Below are positions 25,146-39,125 of a stretch of 64,000 nucleotides of DNA, in pieces (positions within the stretch are counted from its first letter, which is position 1; the number at the start of each line of letters is the position of its first letter). The notes beneath the pieces are model-generated. The model was given only the letters and a program-made list of their open reading frames with translations, did no database searches and had not been told where the DNA came from. The translations under genes were made by a program, and so were the position numbers. Source of the stretch: Octopus sinensis. Taxonomy: Eukaryota. The stretch covers positions 38,688,001 to 38,752,000 of the forward strand of contig NC_043003.1 in the NCBI RefSeq assembly GCF_006345805.1, written 5' to 3'.

Positions 25146-25296
25146 TAGGAGTATTGTGGTTGTCTACTTCAGTAGTCAGCCAATGACAATCATGAAAATA
25201 GATTGGTAGATCTGTATAGCAGGGATTGGTACTTAATCTATCAGTCTCTTTGGCTGAGCTGCTAGGTTATAGGGATATATATGCACCAACAGTGGT

Positions 25297-25365
<69 letters not shown>

Positions 25366-25366
<1 letters not shown>

Positions 25367-25560
25367 GATAATCCAAACATGAAAACACAACAACACGAGG
25401 ACGTGGAACAAGTATAGTGTTACTGGACGCTCAGGAAAGGAAAGAAAGAAGGAGGATTTAACGTTTCAAGTGGAGCTCTTCGTCAGAAACATATAAAAAG
25501 GAAACGTCCAAGGAAGTGAAGACGGAGAAAGAAAATCGCTGATACACATGTGGTCACATA
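25366..25560 (-). mobile_element. Family 2 copy 2, hammerhead at 25456-25490
   Basis: guuu CUGACGA a gagc-ucc-acuu GAAA cg UU^aaau. Canonical core; one stem II mismatch. Confidence 0.8.
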
Positions 25561-25575
25561 CACACACACACAAAT

Positions 25576-25628
<53 letters not shown>

Positions 25629-26160
25629 TATATATATAAAAAGCACCCATTACACTTTTGGAGTGATTGGTGTTAGGAAGGGCATCAAGACTTAGAAACC
25701 ATGCCAAATCAAACAGGAACTTGTTGTAGTTCTCCAGCCTTCCGGTTCCAGTAAAACCATCTAACCTGTGCCAACATGGAAAACAGATGCTAAATGATAA
25801 TGATCACACACACACACACACACCACACACACATGTATATGTGTGTGTGTATACAATGGACTTCTTTCAGTTTCTGTTTTACCAAATCCTCTCATAGACA
25901 ATAGAAGAAGACACTTGCCCACGAGGCCACACAGTGGAACAGAACCCAGAAACATGTGGTTGGGAAGCAAGCTTCTTACCACACAGCCACATCTACATTT
26001 TTAATTATATTTCCTTTTAAAACCAAAACAATGCAAGTCCTAAAAATAATACAGAACAATGTTTTTACTTGGTATTTCAATATTTTGGGATTAGGACTCT
26101 TTCCTCATGAAATCTTTGGAGAAAAGTTGTCATTAGCTGACTTCTCTGTCCTGTAGTATG

Positions 26161-26209
<49 letters not shown>

Positions 26210-26228
26210 ATATATATATGTATGTATG

Positions 26229-26264
<36 letters not shown>

Positions 26265-26370
26265 TAAAAACGGTAAGATAACAAAAGAAAGAAAGAGACC
26301 TCAATATCATGTAAATAGAGAAATTCATCTGTAAATTAATATGTTACCATTATTCAATATATATAATTTA

Positions 26371-26426
<56 letters not shown>

Positions 26427-26440
26427 ATGTATGTATGTGG

Positions 26441-26472
<32 letters not shown>

Positions 26473-26477
<5 letters not shown>

Positions 26478-26672
26478 ATCCAAACATGAAAACACAAATA
26501 GAAAACACAACAACACGAGGCCGTGGAACAAGCATAGTATTATGGACGTTCAGGAAAGAAGGAGGGTTTAACATTTCGAGCGGAGCTCTTCATCAGAAAC
26601 ATAGGAAAAGGAAAGATCCAAAGAAAGGAAGATGGAGGAAAAAAATTGCCAACAGTACACACGCAGTCACAT
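26473..26672 (-). mobile_element. Family 2 copy 3, hammerhead at 26566-26600
   Basis: guuu CUGAUGA a gagc-ucc-gcuc GAAA ug UU^aaac. Canonical core; C to U change in stem III. Inserted in (TA)n. Confidence 0.8.
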
Positions 26673-26878
26673 TTGTACATGTATGTATTATGTATGTATA
26701 TATATATGTATGTATATTATATATATATATATATATATATAAAGCCAGCTGGAAAAGATGTTTTCTTGGGGCTATAACAACAGTAACATCATCCTTTATA
26801 GGATTGTTCTGTTGGCATATAAACATTACTATTTCGTACTGTTACAGTATATTTCTCACCCAGAGATTTAAAACAAGT

Positions 26879-26909
<31 letters not shown>

Positions 26910-27087
26910 CCTTTATGCAGTCATCAAAAGTGTTATGTCTTGTTGTTGATAGGCTCTCTTTTTTTCCTGATAAGAAGATTGCATTTTGTACTGTTTATTC
27001 CTTTGGAATAAAACCAATGTGGTCTTTGAGACATATGTTGAAAGTAAAAGAATTTGAATAGCATCTGCGTTCAATTCCATTTATTTA

Positions 27088-27198
<111 letters not shown>

Positions 27199-27786
27199 TC
27201 AGTTTCCACATACCAAATGCATTCTCAAAGCTTTGCTTGGCCCTGGGTTATAGGAGAAAACACTTGCTCAAGGTGCTGCTCAGTGGAACTGAACCCATGA
27301 TCACATGGTTGGAAAGCAAACTTCTTTACCACACAGCCATGTCTGTACCTAGTGAATGTAAAATGGTTTCTAATTTTGTCACAAGAGCACAAACCAAAGA
27401 GGATGGGCATGCTGATTAACCCAATTATCTTTTAGTTTTTATTACATCATTAATTTTTATAATAATAGTGTTCTTAGGTTTAGATTTCCAGTGAATTAAT
27501 AACCAGATCACTATGTTTACAATGACAAGGGTGACAAAGAAATATCTTTGAAACTTGGGAAGAATAAAAAATACCACAACTTGGGAAGAATACAAAATAC
27601 CACAAGGTATTTTTGTTTAACACGTCAGGGTTTAGGTGTTCCTGTGGATATGTACATCATTTGCTAATATATGTATGTCATGTATGTGTGTGTGTGTAGA
27701 GAGAGAGAGAGAGGGAGGGAGAGAGAGAAGAAATAGATACTTACACACATATAGCTTGGAAAGCAGATTGATGATGATGATTATGA

Positions 27787-27827
<41 letters not shown>

Positions 27828-27928
27828 CATGTCACAATTAGTGACAATAAAACTTTTCCTTTTTGGTCTTATATTGCACCTAGCTGCTTATATTAATTTA
27901 CATATATATACATACACACACATACATA

Positions 27929-28790
27929 CAGGGTGCATAAGGTATTTGAGGACAGTTATATACTAACACAAAAATGACTCTCAGAAACAGGCAATAATGC
28001 CTTTTTACTGAATAAAATCTTGAAGATAAGAATAAACATATTGTTTCATCATTTTATTCAATAAAGTCTTCTTCAGCTTCAATAACAGCTTCTGTGTGAG
28101 GTCTGAATCGCCTACATGCTAGGATCAAATGGTCTGTGTTCATGGTGTTATGAGGGTGCTCATTAACCTCTTTCTCAACTACGCTCCATACGTAGTAGTC
28201 TGATGGATTGAGATCTGGGGAACTAGGAGGTCAAATGTTGGAGGTTATGTGGCCATGAAAATTTTCTACTATCCATTCCTGTGATGCAGTAGCTTTGTGT
28301 GATGGTACCGAGTCTTGTTGGAACACATAAGGTCTTCCATTGTGTACATTATCGATACATGGCTTAATCCCTGTATTCAGAACATATGTGTAGGCAGCAG
28401 AGTTTATTCGAAGATCTTGTGGAAACAAGTGATGAGACATACATTATTCTTGGAACTTCCGAAGGGTCTGCATATAGCCATCTGTCGTTTCTTCTGTTTA
28501 TTTTCTGATCTTGGTCAAAGTTTTTCTCGTCTGAGGAGAACCAAATATCTTTCTATGCTGGGTTTTTAAGTTTGTTTGGGAGTCTTTTAGATCTGCTTAA
28601 ACAATTTTCTTTCACTGTTTCTGACATGAAATGACTTTTTCTCATTACATAAAATTTGTATCTGATATCTTTGTGGACAACATTTCGGATTGTTCCTTCT
28701 GGCACATGGTGTTCTTTTGCAATCAGTCTCATAGGTCTTCTGGGATTGTCATCAATGGTCTGCTTTACTTGTTGAATAAATTCTGGTTTA
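27929..28790 (-). mobile_element. 3' part of the second maT-like family (HTH2, catalytic domain, TIR)
   Basis: KPEFIQQVKQTIDDNPRR...; YVFQQDSVPSH; TIR cagggtgcataaggtatttgaggaca at 27929. Confidence 0.85.
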
Positions 28791-29573
28791 TACAACAAAG
28801 CATGTCAGCGACCACCCTGGACTAGTGGCTTATGTCATGATCCCAGAAGGATAACAGGTAATGTTCACTTCAGTACCAGTTGAACTCAGAACACAAACAG
28901 CTGGAATAAACTGGTTTCAAGTTTTGGCAAAAATTCAGCAAGTTCAGAGAAGGGGTTAAGTTGAGTACATCAACCCCAGAGCTCAACTGGTACTTATTTT
29001 ATTGACCCTGAAAGGATGAAATGCAAAGCTGATATCAGCAGAATTTGAACTTAGAGCATAAGGACAAACGAAATGGCGCTAAGCAGTTTGCCCAGCATGC
29101 TAACGGTTTTGTTGCCTTGAGAGCTGGAATAAATTACTGTTTCTAATTTATACACAAGACTAGCAATTTTGAGGGAGAGAGAGCAGGGTTAGTCAGTATC
29201 ACCAGCCCCAGTCCTTGATTGATGTTTTATTACAGCAAGTGCAGAGGAGTGAAAGCCAATGCTGAACTTGGTGGAATTTGAATCCAGAACATAAAAGAAG
29301 TGGTAGAAATATCACAAAGCATGTTTTTTTATGCTTGATCAATTTTGCCAATCCCCTACCTTTAAATAATTGTTCCTAATACAGGTACAAGGCCTGAAAT
29401 TTGATCAATATTATTGACCTTCAGCACTTATCTGGTACCTTATTTTATTGATCCCAGATGGATGAAAGATAAATCTCAGCTTAGCAGCAATTAAACTTAG
29501 TGTGCAGAGAAATGAGAATACATAATGCACTGTATTTTATCAATATTCTGACTATCTACTCTTCTTCTTCTTC

Positions 29574-29627
<54 letters not shown>

Positions 29628-30844
29628 GCTTCAAATTTTGGCCAGCAAATTTGGGGAAGGGGATAATAGATTATATTGACCCCAGTACTTAACTGTACTT
29701 ATTTTATCAACCCCAAAAGGATGAAAGGCAAAGTCAACCTCAGCAGAAAAAAAAATAATAATAATGGTTTCAAATTTTGGTACAAGCCCAGCAATTTTAG
29801 GAGGAGAGAATCAATTAATTACAATGCCTCCAGTTCTGGACTGGTACTTTATTTTATTGACCTTGAAAAGATAAAAAGCAAAGTTGACCTTGGCAGCATT
29901 TGACCTCAGAATGTGAAGAGCCAGAAGAAATACCACTAAATTCTTTTGCCTTACTTGTTAATGATTCTACCAGCTTGCTGCCTTAACAACAACAACAACA
30001 ACAACTGTTAATAATATGATATTGATAATAATTTCTAATGTAAGTGCAAGAAAGTTGGTGCTGAGAAAAAAGTTGAATTTATTACTGCCAGTACTTGACT
30101 GTTTTTTTTTTATGTGCAGGTGGCATGTAAATAAAAACCATGTAAGCATGGCCGTTGCCAGTACTGTCTGATTGGCTCTTGTGCCGGTGGCATGTAAAAA
30201 CACCCACTACACTCTCAGAGTGGTTGGCGTTAGGAAGGGTATCCAGCTGTAGAAACTCTGCCAGATCAGATTGGAGACTGGTGCAGCCATCTGGCTCGCC
30301 AGTCCTCAGTCAAACCGTCCAACCCATGCCAGCATGGAAAGAGGATGTTAAACGATAATAATGATGATGATGATGATGATGACCCTGATTTGATGAAAGG
30401 AAAAGCTGATCTAGGCAGGATTTGAACAGAGACCAGTTAACTCTATGGAGGTGTGTCTTTGCAAGGTGACCAATGCAATAATGACAATGTCAAGGTGTCC
30501 AAGATAAAGGGTGAAGGGTAACGACCCCCTTCAATCATGAATGACAATAGAATTGCACCTAGAAAGTTACCCTCTGAGGCACAAGTCTGGGCAAGGTTGT
30601 TTATGGAAGACCAGCAGATGCCCATACATACCAGCCTCTCCTCTCCATGCTACTGATATTATCCAAGGGTAAGGCAAAGGCCAATACAGCTTGGTATCAA
30701 TGATGTCGCAACTCATTTCTACAGCTGAGTGGACTGGAGCAACATGAAAGAAAGTGTCTTGCTAAAGAACACAACACACAACCCAGTCTAGGAATCAAAC
30801 TCACTACCTCTTGATTGTGAGCTCAATGCTCTAGCCATCTGCCT

Positions 30845-31150
30845 TCACTGGTGTCCAAGGTGAAGTGTCACCAGCTTCTTTTACTTCTCCACTAGAGTTC
30901 AGCAAATCAGACTCCTCTTTCTCTAATGATATTTGGTATTTTAGGTAGCTTATTGTGTAATCATTCTTTGGTGGGGGTGTTCTTTTCAGGGTACATTCAA
31001 AATACCACAAAACATATGCAAGAGCCATTCAGCATAGCTTCAAGTCTTCTCTTTAGTAACCAATTGGAAAAACCATAAAGTAACACAGATTCGTCTACCA
31101 CGAGGAAGAAGTTCTTTTTCAGATTCTCTAAGAGCTAAGGCTTATGTCCA
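30845..31150 (-). mobile_element. Degraded RTE-type LINE 3' fragment
   Basis: FFLVVDESVLLYGFSNWLLKRRLEAMLNG (~ESVLLYGxEAWTL...LDG). Confidence 0.65.
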
Positions 31151-31865
31151 TATTATGCTGAGACACTGAAGTGTTATTCAAGCTTTGCTGATATGTAGCT
31201 TAACATCAGTCTATAGACCCAAAGAATCACTAAGTGAAAATGATTTGGAATGTCAAATTCACTTCTGTGAGAAAATGTAGGGGCTTTTTTAGTTATGATG
31301 CACATCCCATTGATTACATAATTTTCTCAGATAAGGCAACACTTTATGTGGAGAGATTCAATCAATCAACATGACTATGCAATTTATGGTGCATATAACT
31401 GTCATAAAACTGGTAACAAAAGATGAGTGTAGTTCTGATTTGAACTCAGAAGCTGGAATAAATAATCTGCTACTAGTACAAGGCCTTAAATTTCGGACAA
31501 GTGGAATAGACAATTACATTAAGCCCAGCGTTCAACTTATTTTGTTAACCCCAAAAAGATGAAAGGCAGAGTTGACCTCGACAGAATTTGAACTCAGAAT
31601 GTAAAGATGGGTGATATGCCATTGAGTGTTTTGTCCTGCATGTTAAAACTTCTGCCAGCTCATGGTCCTTAACAAATACTGATGTATTTATTTGATAAAA
31701 AGAAAAGGCCCAGGTATGGCTGTGTGGTAAGATGTTTGCTTCCCAACCTCATGGCACCAGGTTCAGTCCCACTGTGTGGCATCTAGGGAAAGTATCTACT
31801 ATAGCCCCAGATCAATCAAAGCTTTGTGAGTGGATTTGGTAGAGCAAAGCTTATAGAAGCCCATC

Positions 31866-32010
31866 ATGTGTGTGTGTGCCTACATGCATGCGTGTGTGTG
31901 TGCCTACGTGCATGCATGTGTGTGTGTGCCTACATGCGTGTGTGTGCCTACATGCATGTGTGTGTGCCTACATGCATGAGTATGTGTGCCTATGTGCATA
32001 TGTGTGTGTG
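31866..32010. repeat. Degenerate minisatellite (gtgtgtgcctacatgcat-like units)
   Basis: About 6 tandem units containing gcctac(a/g)tgc. Confidence 0.75.
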
Positions 32011-33567
32011 TATGTGCTGGTGCTACATAAAAAGCACTTAGTCTACATTGTAAGTTGGTCAGCATTAGGAAGGACATTCAGCTGCAAAAGCCATGACAAA
32101 ACAGACACTTGTCAAATCATCCAGCCTATACCAGCACATACCATGGAAAACGGACATTATATGATGATGATGATGATGATGGTGAAAGCACCCACTACAC
32201 TCTCGAAGTGGTTAGCGTTAGGAAGGGCATCCAGCAGTAGAAACTCTGCCAGATCAGATTGGAGCCGCCTGGTGCAGCCATCTGGTTCACCAGTCCTCAG
32301 TCAAATTGTCCAACCCATGCTAGCATGGAAAGCGGACATTAAACGATGATGATGATGATGATATAAGTATGTTTGTGTGAATGTGTGTATGGTTGTGTCT
32401 CCTTGTATAGACATCACGTGATAGCTGTAAAATGGTTGTTACTATCATAAAAGCAATGTCATTCATCATCATCATCATTGTTTAACATCCGCTTTCCATG
32501 CTAGCATGGGTTGGACGATTTGACTGAAGACTGGCGAATCAGATGGCTGCACTAGGCACCAACCTGATTGGGCAGAGTTTCCACAGCTGAATGCACTTCC
32601 TAACACCAACTACTCTGAGAGTGTAGTGGGTACTTTTATGTGCCACCGGCACGAGGGCCAGCCAGTCGGTACTGGCAACAGCTATGCTCAAGTGGTGTTT
32701 TTTACATGCCACCTGCACAGGAGCCAGTCCAGTGGCACTGGCAAGACCTCGCTTGAATGTTTTTCACGTGCCACTAGTAAGGCGACACTGGTAACGATCA
32801 CATTTGAATGGTGCTTTTTACGTGCCACCGGCATGGAAGCCAGTCAGCTGCTCTGGCAGCTGACGCTTCATTTCTAATATTTTGCAGGAACATGTCTGGC
32901 CATGGGAAAATATTACCTTGCATGGAAACAGGTGAGAGTTGGTGACAGGAAAGGCACGCAGCTGTAGAAAAATCCACCTGATTAAACTCCATCTGACCCA
33001 AGCAAGCAAGGAAAAGTGGACATTAAAATGAGGATGATGATGACAATGGTGGTGGTGGTGGTGGTGGTGGTGGTGATGATGATGAATAATATTTGCACAA
33101 AAGCCTTCTATTTTTACTTTTTGCTATCATATGCAAGACACTGAATAAAATATATATATTTCTTTACTACCCACAAGGGGCTAAACACAGAGAGGACAAA
33201 CAAAGACAGACAAAGGGATTAAGTCGATTACATCGACCCCAGTGCGAAACTGGTACTTAATTTATCGACTCCGAAAGGATGAAAGGCAAAGTCGACCTCG
33301 GCGGAATTTGAACTCAGAATGTAACGACAGACGAAATACGGCTACGCATTTCGCCCGGCGTGCTAACTGTTCTGCCAGCTCAACTATAAGTGTAAAGCAT
33401 TGCAACATATGAAACATCATTTTTAACATAAGAAATTGCCACTGTAAATACAAAAGCAATAAATTTTATTGAATTGAAATGAAATGAATAACGTGAGAAA
33501 AGTCTTAAAAAGTCATAGAGAAAAGTTTTAAAAATGTCTTAACAAGCCATTACAGACTAAAAGAAGC

Positions 33568-33601
<34 letters not shown>

Positions 33602-33618
33602 ATAATAATAATAATAAC

Positions 33619-33652
<34 letters not shown>

Positions 33653-34641
33653 TAATAATAATAATAATAATAATAATATAATAATAATAATAACAATAAT
33701 AATAATAATAATAAAATGACCAAGCTGATGGCTTTATTAAATAATAAATTAATTACACAATTAATTATATTGACACTGAAAATGCTGTTGATTGAAAAAT
33801 ACTGAGTGACACTTTTAAATGTTTGAGATCTTAGTGAGTCCAGAGGCATTTGAATAGTATCAAAGTATCAGGATAAGGTAGATATGTTAGTTCTGGTAGG
33901 AATCTGCAGAAGAGACAAAAGAAAAACAGACAGATAGAATGACAGAATGACAGAATGACAAGTACAGTAAAGTTTGCTAAGTTAACAGTTATTGTCTGGC
34001 AACTTAGAGTATTGCTGGCTCCCTACCTACCTGCCTACTTATCTACCTACCTGCATACCTACCAACCCACCTACCTACCTACTTTCATACATACATTCTT
34101 TTAATATTTTACTTCTTCAATTATTTGACTGTGGCCATGCTGAGGCACTGCCTTTGTTGAAGAAATTGACCCCAGAACTTTTTTTAAGCTTGGTACTTAT
34201 TCTAACAGTCTCTCTTTGCTGAACTGCTAAGTTACTGGGGTGTAAACAAGTGGTGGTGGTATGTACGTACATATGTACATACATTCTGAGACCCCCTTCG
34301 GTCACGACACAGACCATGGGATTGCACCTAGAAAGTTACCCTTTCAGGCACAAGTCCGGGCAAGGTTGTTTATGGAAGACCAGCAGTTGCCCATGCATAC
34401 CAGCCTCCCCTTCTCCATGCCACCAGTGTTATCCAAGGGAAATGCAAAGGATGATACAGCTTGGTACCTGTGACATCGCAACTCATTTCTACAGCTGAGT
34501 GAACTGGAGCAACGTGAAATAAAGTGTCTTGCTCAAGAACATAACACGCAGCCTGGTCTGGGATTCAAGCTCACAACCTCATGATTGTAAACTTGACGCT
34601 CTAACCACTGAGCCATGTGCCTTCACATACATACATACATA

Positions 34642-35195
34642 CAGTACTGTGCAAAAGTCTTCAGCCACTTTAAACTATTGTAAACTTCTACTAATTGCCA
34701 ACTTATAAGTGGATGTTTCGCACTGCATTTTTTACAGATCAAACATTGGCCCTGTTGGAATCATTTTCATACATAATCATTATATTTTGTAGTAGGGATT
34801 CTGGATGAGAGGAGAAGATGCAAAACGGCCACCAAAAATAGCTGTGCAAAAGTTTTCACCACCTCACATAAACCAATCAAAATACAGTGTTATAAACAGA
34901 AAAATGTCTATAATGAAATTTTATTGCATAATGTTCATTTCAAGAAGTTACTGTACATTGTTAATATTTTGCGTAGCTTCTCTTAGCTTGAATAATTGCT
35001 TTAATGCGCATGGGAAGAGATGTGTACAGATCCTTCACCATCTTAACAGGTTTGAGATGCCATTCTCTGTGGTTGAGCTCCCACAACTCTTCAAGACTGC
35101 ATGGATTCTTTTGACAAACTCTTCTCTTTAGTTCTGTCCACATTTGCTTGATGATACTTAAGTCAGGGCTCTGAGCTGGCCAGTCTTTCAAGACT
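34642..35195 (-). mobile_element. Tc1-like element, 3' part with IR/DR-type terminal repeat
   Basis: DWPAQSPDLSIIKQMWTELKRRV (Tc1 WPxQSPDLNPIE motif). The ctgtgcaaaagt repeat occurs at about 34647 and 34842. Confidence 0.85.
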
Positions 35196-35316
35196 ATATC
35201 ACAAAGTCACATTTCCATGGTCCCAATGAAACAACCACTCAGCACTTACCTGTAAAGATGTTTGACAACTACAGTCTGCCTAGGCAATATAAGGTCCACA
35301 CTCTAAATATAAATTA

Positions 35317-35506
35317 TCACTTTGCTGCAATCATTGGTGGTGGTGGTGCAGGCAAATGAGGGCAGCCCTTGTCCAACAACTCCTTCAGTTTTACTAGTTT
35401 CTGGTCAATATTGACGCACAGCCATTCTTGGACAGTGTCTTCATAAAACACCAACATCAAACTTTTCTGGATGGAAAACTTCAATTGTTGAAAACAGTTG
35501 TACAAC
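35317..35506 (-). CDS. HEXD: HEXD terminal coding exon (LYNCFQQLK...VFYEDTVQEWL...PAPPPPMIAAK*)
   Basis: Acceptor ttttgtccacag|G, phase 2. FYEDTVQEWL corresponds to HEXD FYPDAVEEWL. TGA stop at 35317-35319. Confidence 0.92.
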
Positions 35507-37374
35507 CTGTGGACAAAATTATTAAATTATTACAGATTATTTTATTACACACACACACATACAAGCATTGATGTAGGCATGGATGTATGGGAAAGAAGTT
35601 CACTTGTAACCTCTGTAGTTTCAAGTTTAATTCCACTCTATATCTAAGAATCTCTCAAGATACATATATACATAGGCACAGCAGTGTCTGTGTGGTAAGC
35701 AGTTTGCTTACCAACCACTTGGTTCCAGGTTCAATCCCACTGCATGACACCTTGGGCAAGTGTCTTCTACTATAGCCTCAGGCCGACCAGAGCCTTATCA
35801 GTGGATTTGGTAGACAGAAACTGAATGAAGCCTGTCGTATATATATGTATATGTTTGTGTGTCTGTGTTTGTCCCTCCACCGTTGCTTGACAACTGATGT
35901 TGATGTGCTTACATCCCCATAACTTAGTGGTTCGGCAAAAGAGACCAATAGAATAAGTACTAGGCTTACAAAGAATAAGTACCTGAGGTCGATTTGTTTG
36001 ACAAAAAGGCGGTGCTCCAGCATGGCCACAGTTAAATGACTTAAACAAATAAAAAAATAAAAGAATATATATAGACACATACATATATATGTGTGGGTAT
36101 ATTGCTTGTGTATGTGCTTGTATGCATTTATGTGTGTGTGTGTGTGTACATGCAAGCGTGCATGTATGTGTGTGTGTGTACGCATGTGAAGACATCCCTA
36201 AACTGGTGATGAAACAAGACAAAACAGTTGGGGTAGAAAATATTGATATACAAGGAGCAGATAAGGATTATATAAAAGAAGTAGGTATGTAAAGAAGTTA
36301 TAAATATCCAGGTATGATAAAGTTAGATAAAAATATACAAAACTAACATGAAGGATATATTTACTACAACATATTTCAGTAGGGGTTGAATTTAGGTCAG
36401 AGAAAACTAAGACTTGTCTTAAATACAATGTCATATCTCTTTAGTGGTATTGTGGAAAGGACCTAAAATAGACTGACTGAAGGTCAGATTAATTTAGGGA
36501 GATTTGAAATATAATGGTCATATTTGGGACATGATATTCCAGATGTGTTATTGGGAATATTTATCACATGTATGAAAGTGGAGCAGTGGGGTAAGGTGTT
36601 AGGGGTTGTAAAGAATATATTTAGAGAATAAGAAACTCTAGTGTAGCGTGGTATGTAAGAAATAATGTGGCACTACCATTGGAAATGGTAAAGAAGGCTG
36701 GAATAGTTTAGTTTGAAGGGTATACAGTATCTGGAAAACTCTAGAGGTGACACAATGAGAACTCGGAAATATTGATTTCCAATTTTGGCACAACGCCAGC
36801 AATTTCAGAAGAAGGAGTAAGCCAATTACAATGACCCCCAGTGTTCAACTACTACTTATTTTACTGACCCTGAAAGGATGAAAGGCAAAGTCGACCATGG
36901 TGGAACTTGAACTCAGAATGTAAAGATGGATGAAATGCTGCTAAGCAATTCACCCAGCATACTAATGGTTCTGCCTACTTGCTGTTTTAAGAACTTGGAA
37001 ACATTAAGAGAATAACATAATGTCAAAATTAGAGGGATGACTGACAGTAGTGACGTCATTAACCCTTAAACATTCAGATTACACTGTCAAAAATAATGCT
37101 TATATTTATTCACTTTGTTTTGAATTAATCCTCTTGCAGTTTTGAGATTTCAATGAAATGATTGTCTATTCTTAGAATGAATACACAGGGTAGGTGTGAG
37201 AGGTTGGATCTGGCCAGTTTGAAAATAAAACAGGTAGAATATTTGGGATGGATAAATGCTAAAGGGTTAAAAGCATGATCAGAGTTTAAGAGAAACAGAT
37301 TCAAGGACAGAGAAGTACATCAAATAGAGGTAAAAACCATTGAATCTCTATTGCATAAAATGCGTGGAGAGTGG

Positions 37375-37800
37375 CCGTGCAGGAGTGGCTGTGTGGTAAG
37401 TAGCTTGCCTACCAACCACATGGTTCCGGGTTCAGTCCGACTACGTGGCATCTTGGGCAAGTGTCTGTCTTCTGCTATAGCCTCGGGCCGACCAATGCCT
37501 TGTGAGTGGATTTGGTAGACGGAAACTGAAAGAAGCCTGTCGTATATATGTATATATATGTATGTATGTGTGTGTATGTGTTTGTGTGTCTGTGTTTGTC
37601 CCTCTAGCATTGCTTGACAACCGATGCTGGTGTGTTTACGTTCCCGTCACTTAGCGGTTCGGCAAAAGAGACTGATAGAATAAGTACTGGGCTTACAAAG
37701 AATAAGTCCTGGGGTCGATTTGCTCGACTAAAGGTGGTGCTCCAGCATGGCCACAGTCAAATGACTGAAACAAGTAAAAGAGTAAAGAGAGTAAAGAGTT
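37375..37800 (+). mobile_element. tRNA-derived SINE family B with internal (TA)/(TG) microsatellite
   Basis: Head gtggctgtgtggtaag..gggttcagtccc, tail atgactgaaacaagtaaaagag. Other copies at 3742-4210(-), 9285-9672(-), 21170-21597(+), 35680-36070(+), 48650-49120(+), plus more than 10 partial copies. Confidence 0.9.
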
Positions 37801-38344
37801 AAGTGAAAGTGTTACAATAAGAGCCAGCTCAACCACAACTGCTTCCCTCTTTCTTAACCCCCATGTAAAATACAGAAGCACAATCCTCCTTCCATGGGTT
37901 TGTTGACTTGTGAGCTAAAAAAAACATCCAGTACATTCTGTAAGGTGGTTGGTATTAAGAAGGGCATCCAGACGTAGAAACAATGTAAGGGAATGTAACA
38001 CACTAAACCTAAACTGAGGTACAAGGATACACTGAAAAGCAACCTCAAATGGAGCAGCATTAGTCCACATGAACTTGAAGCCTCTGCCACAGACAGATCA
38101 GTGTGGAGGTCCTTCACCTCAAGAACAGCAGCTGCCTTCGAAGAGAACTGGCAACAGTGCCTCACTGCTGCACGAGAAAGAAGTCACAGAGCAGTGTCCA
38201 TCTCAATCCAGTCAACAGACTATTGTTGTGACATCTGTGGTTGCCTGTGTGCTTCCAGCTTTAAACCGCTGAGCCATGTGCTCTCATTGCTGAGAAAACT
38301 GGTTTTATCCTTGTCAGACACTGATGGACTACCAACAAACTTCA

Positions 38345-38690
38345 ATCATCATCATCATCATTGTTTAACGTCCGTTTTCCATGCTAGCATGGGTTGGACG
38401 GTTCAACTGGGGTCTGGGAAGCCAGAAGGCTGTGCCAGGCCCAGTCTGATCTGGCAGTGTTTCTACGGCTGGATGCCCTTCCTAATGCCAACCACTCCGT
38501 GAGTGTAGTGGGTGCTTTTTACGTGCTACAGCATACTTCCAAAGGTCTCGGTCTCTAGTCATTTCCTCGGTGAGACCTAATGTTCGAAGGTCGTGCTTCA
38601 CCACCTCATCCCAGGTTTTCCTGGGTCTACCTCTTCCACAGGTTCCCTCAACCACTAGGGTGTGGCACTTTTTCACACAACTATCTTCAA
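38345..38690 (-). mobile_element. RTE LINE 3' end: ORF C-terminus plus 3' UTR with (GAT)n tail
   Basis: VEGTCGRGRPRKTWDEVVKHDLRTLGLTEEMTRDRDLW, followed by the UTR that also occurs as many stand-alone copies. Confidence 0.9.
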
Positions 38691-39125
38691 TGAATGTAAT
38701 AAATTGATTTGGCTAGAAACAAACAAACAGGGTGTATATTCTGGGTGTGAGTGAATGTTGTACACCCATCAAAGATTAAGTTAGGTTGAAGTTGTGTTCA
38801 TCATCATCACCATTTTAAAATCAACTTTTCCATGATTGTATGGGTCAGATGGAGTTTACTGACACAGATTTTTATGGATAGATGCCCTTCCTGCTGCCAA
38901 CCCTCACCTGTTTCAGGGCAAGGTAATATTTCCCCATGGCCAAACATGTTTACAACAGAAGACTGGAAATGAACATCACTTGTATAACAGTGATGCTTTT
39001 TCAGAACAATGATGTCAAAACAAAAGTTCACACAAACACACACATATGTATATATGATAGGTTTCTTTTGCATTATTTACATTATTTACATTTGACGGAT
39101 ATTTGTCCTCATCTTGTTTGTTGTT

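Noticed and set aside
36200-36760. Purine-rich stretch with faint LINE-endonuclease-like words
   Set aside because: Too degraded to support a call by eye.
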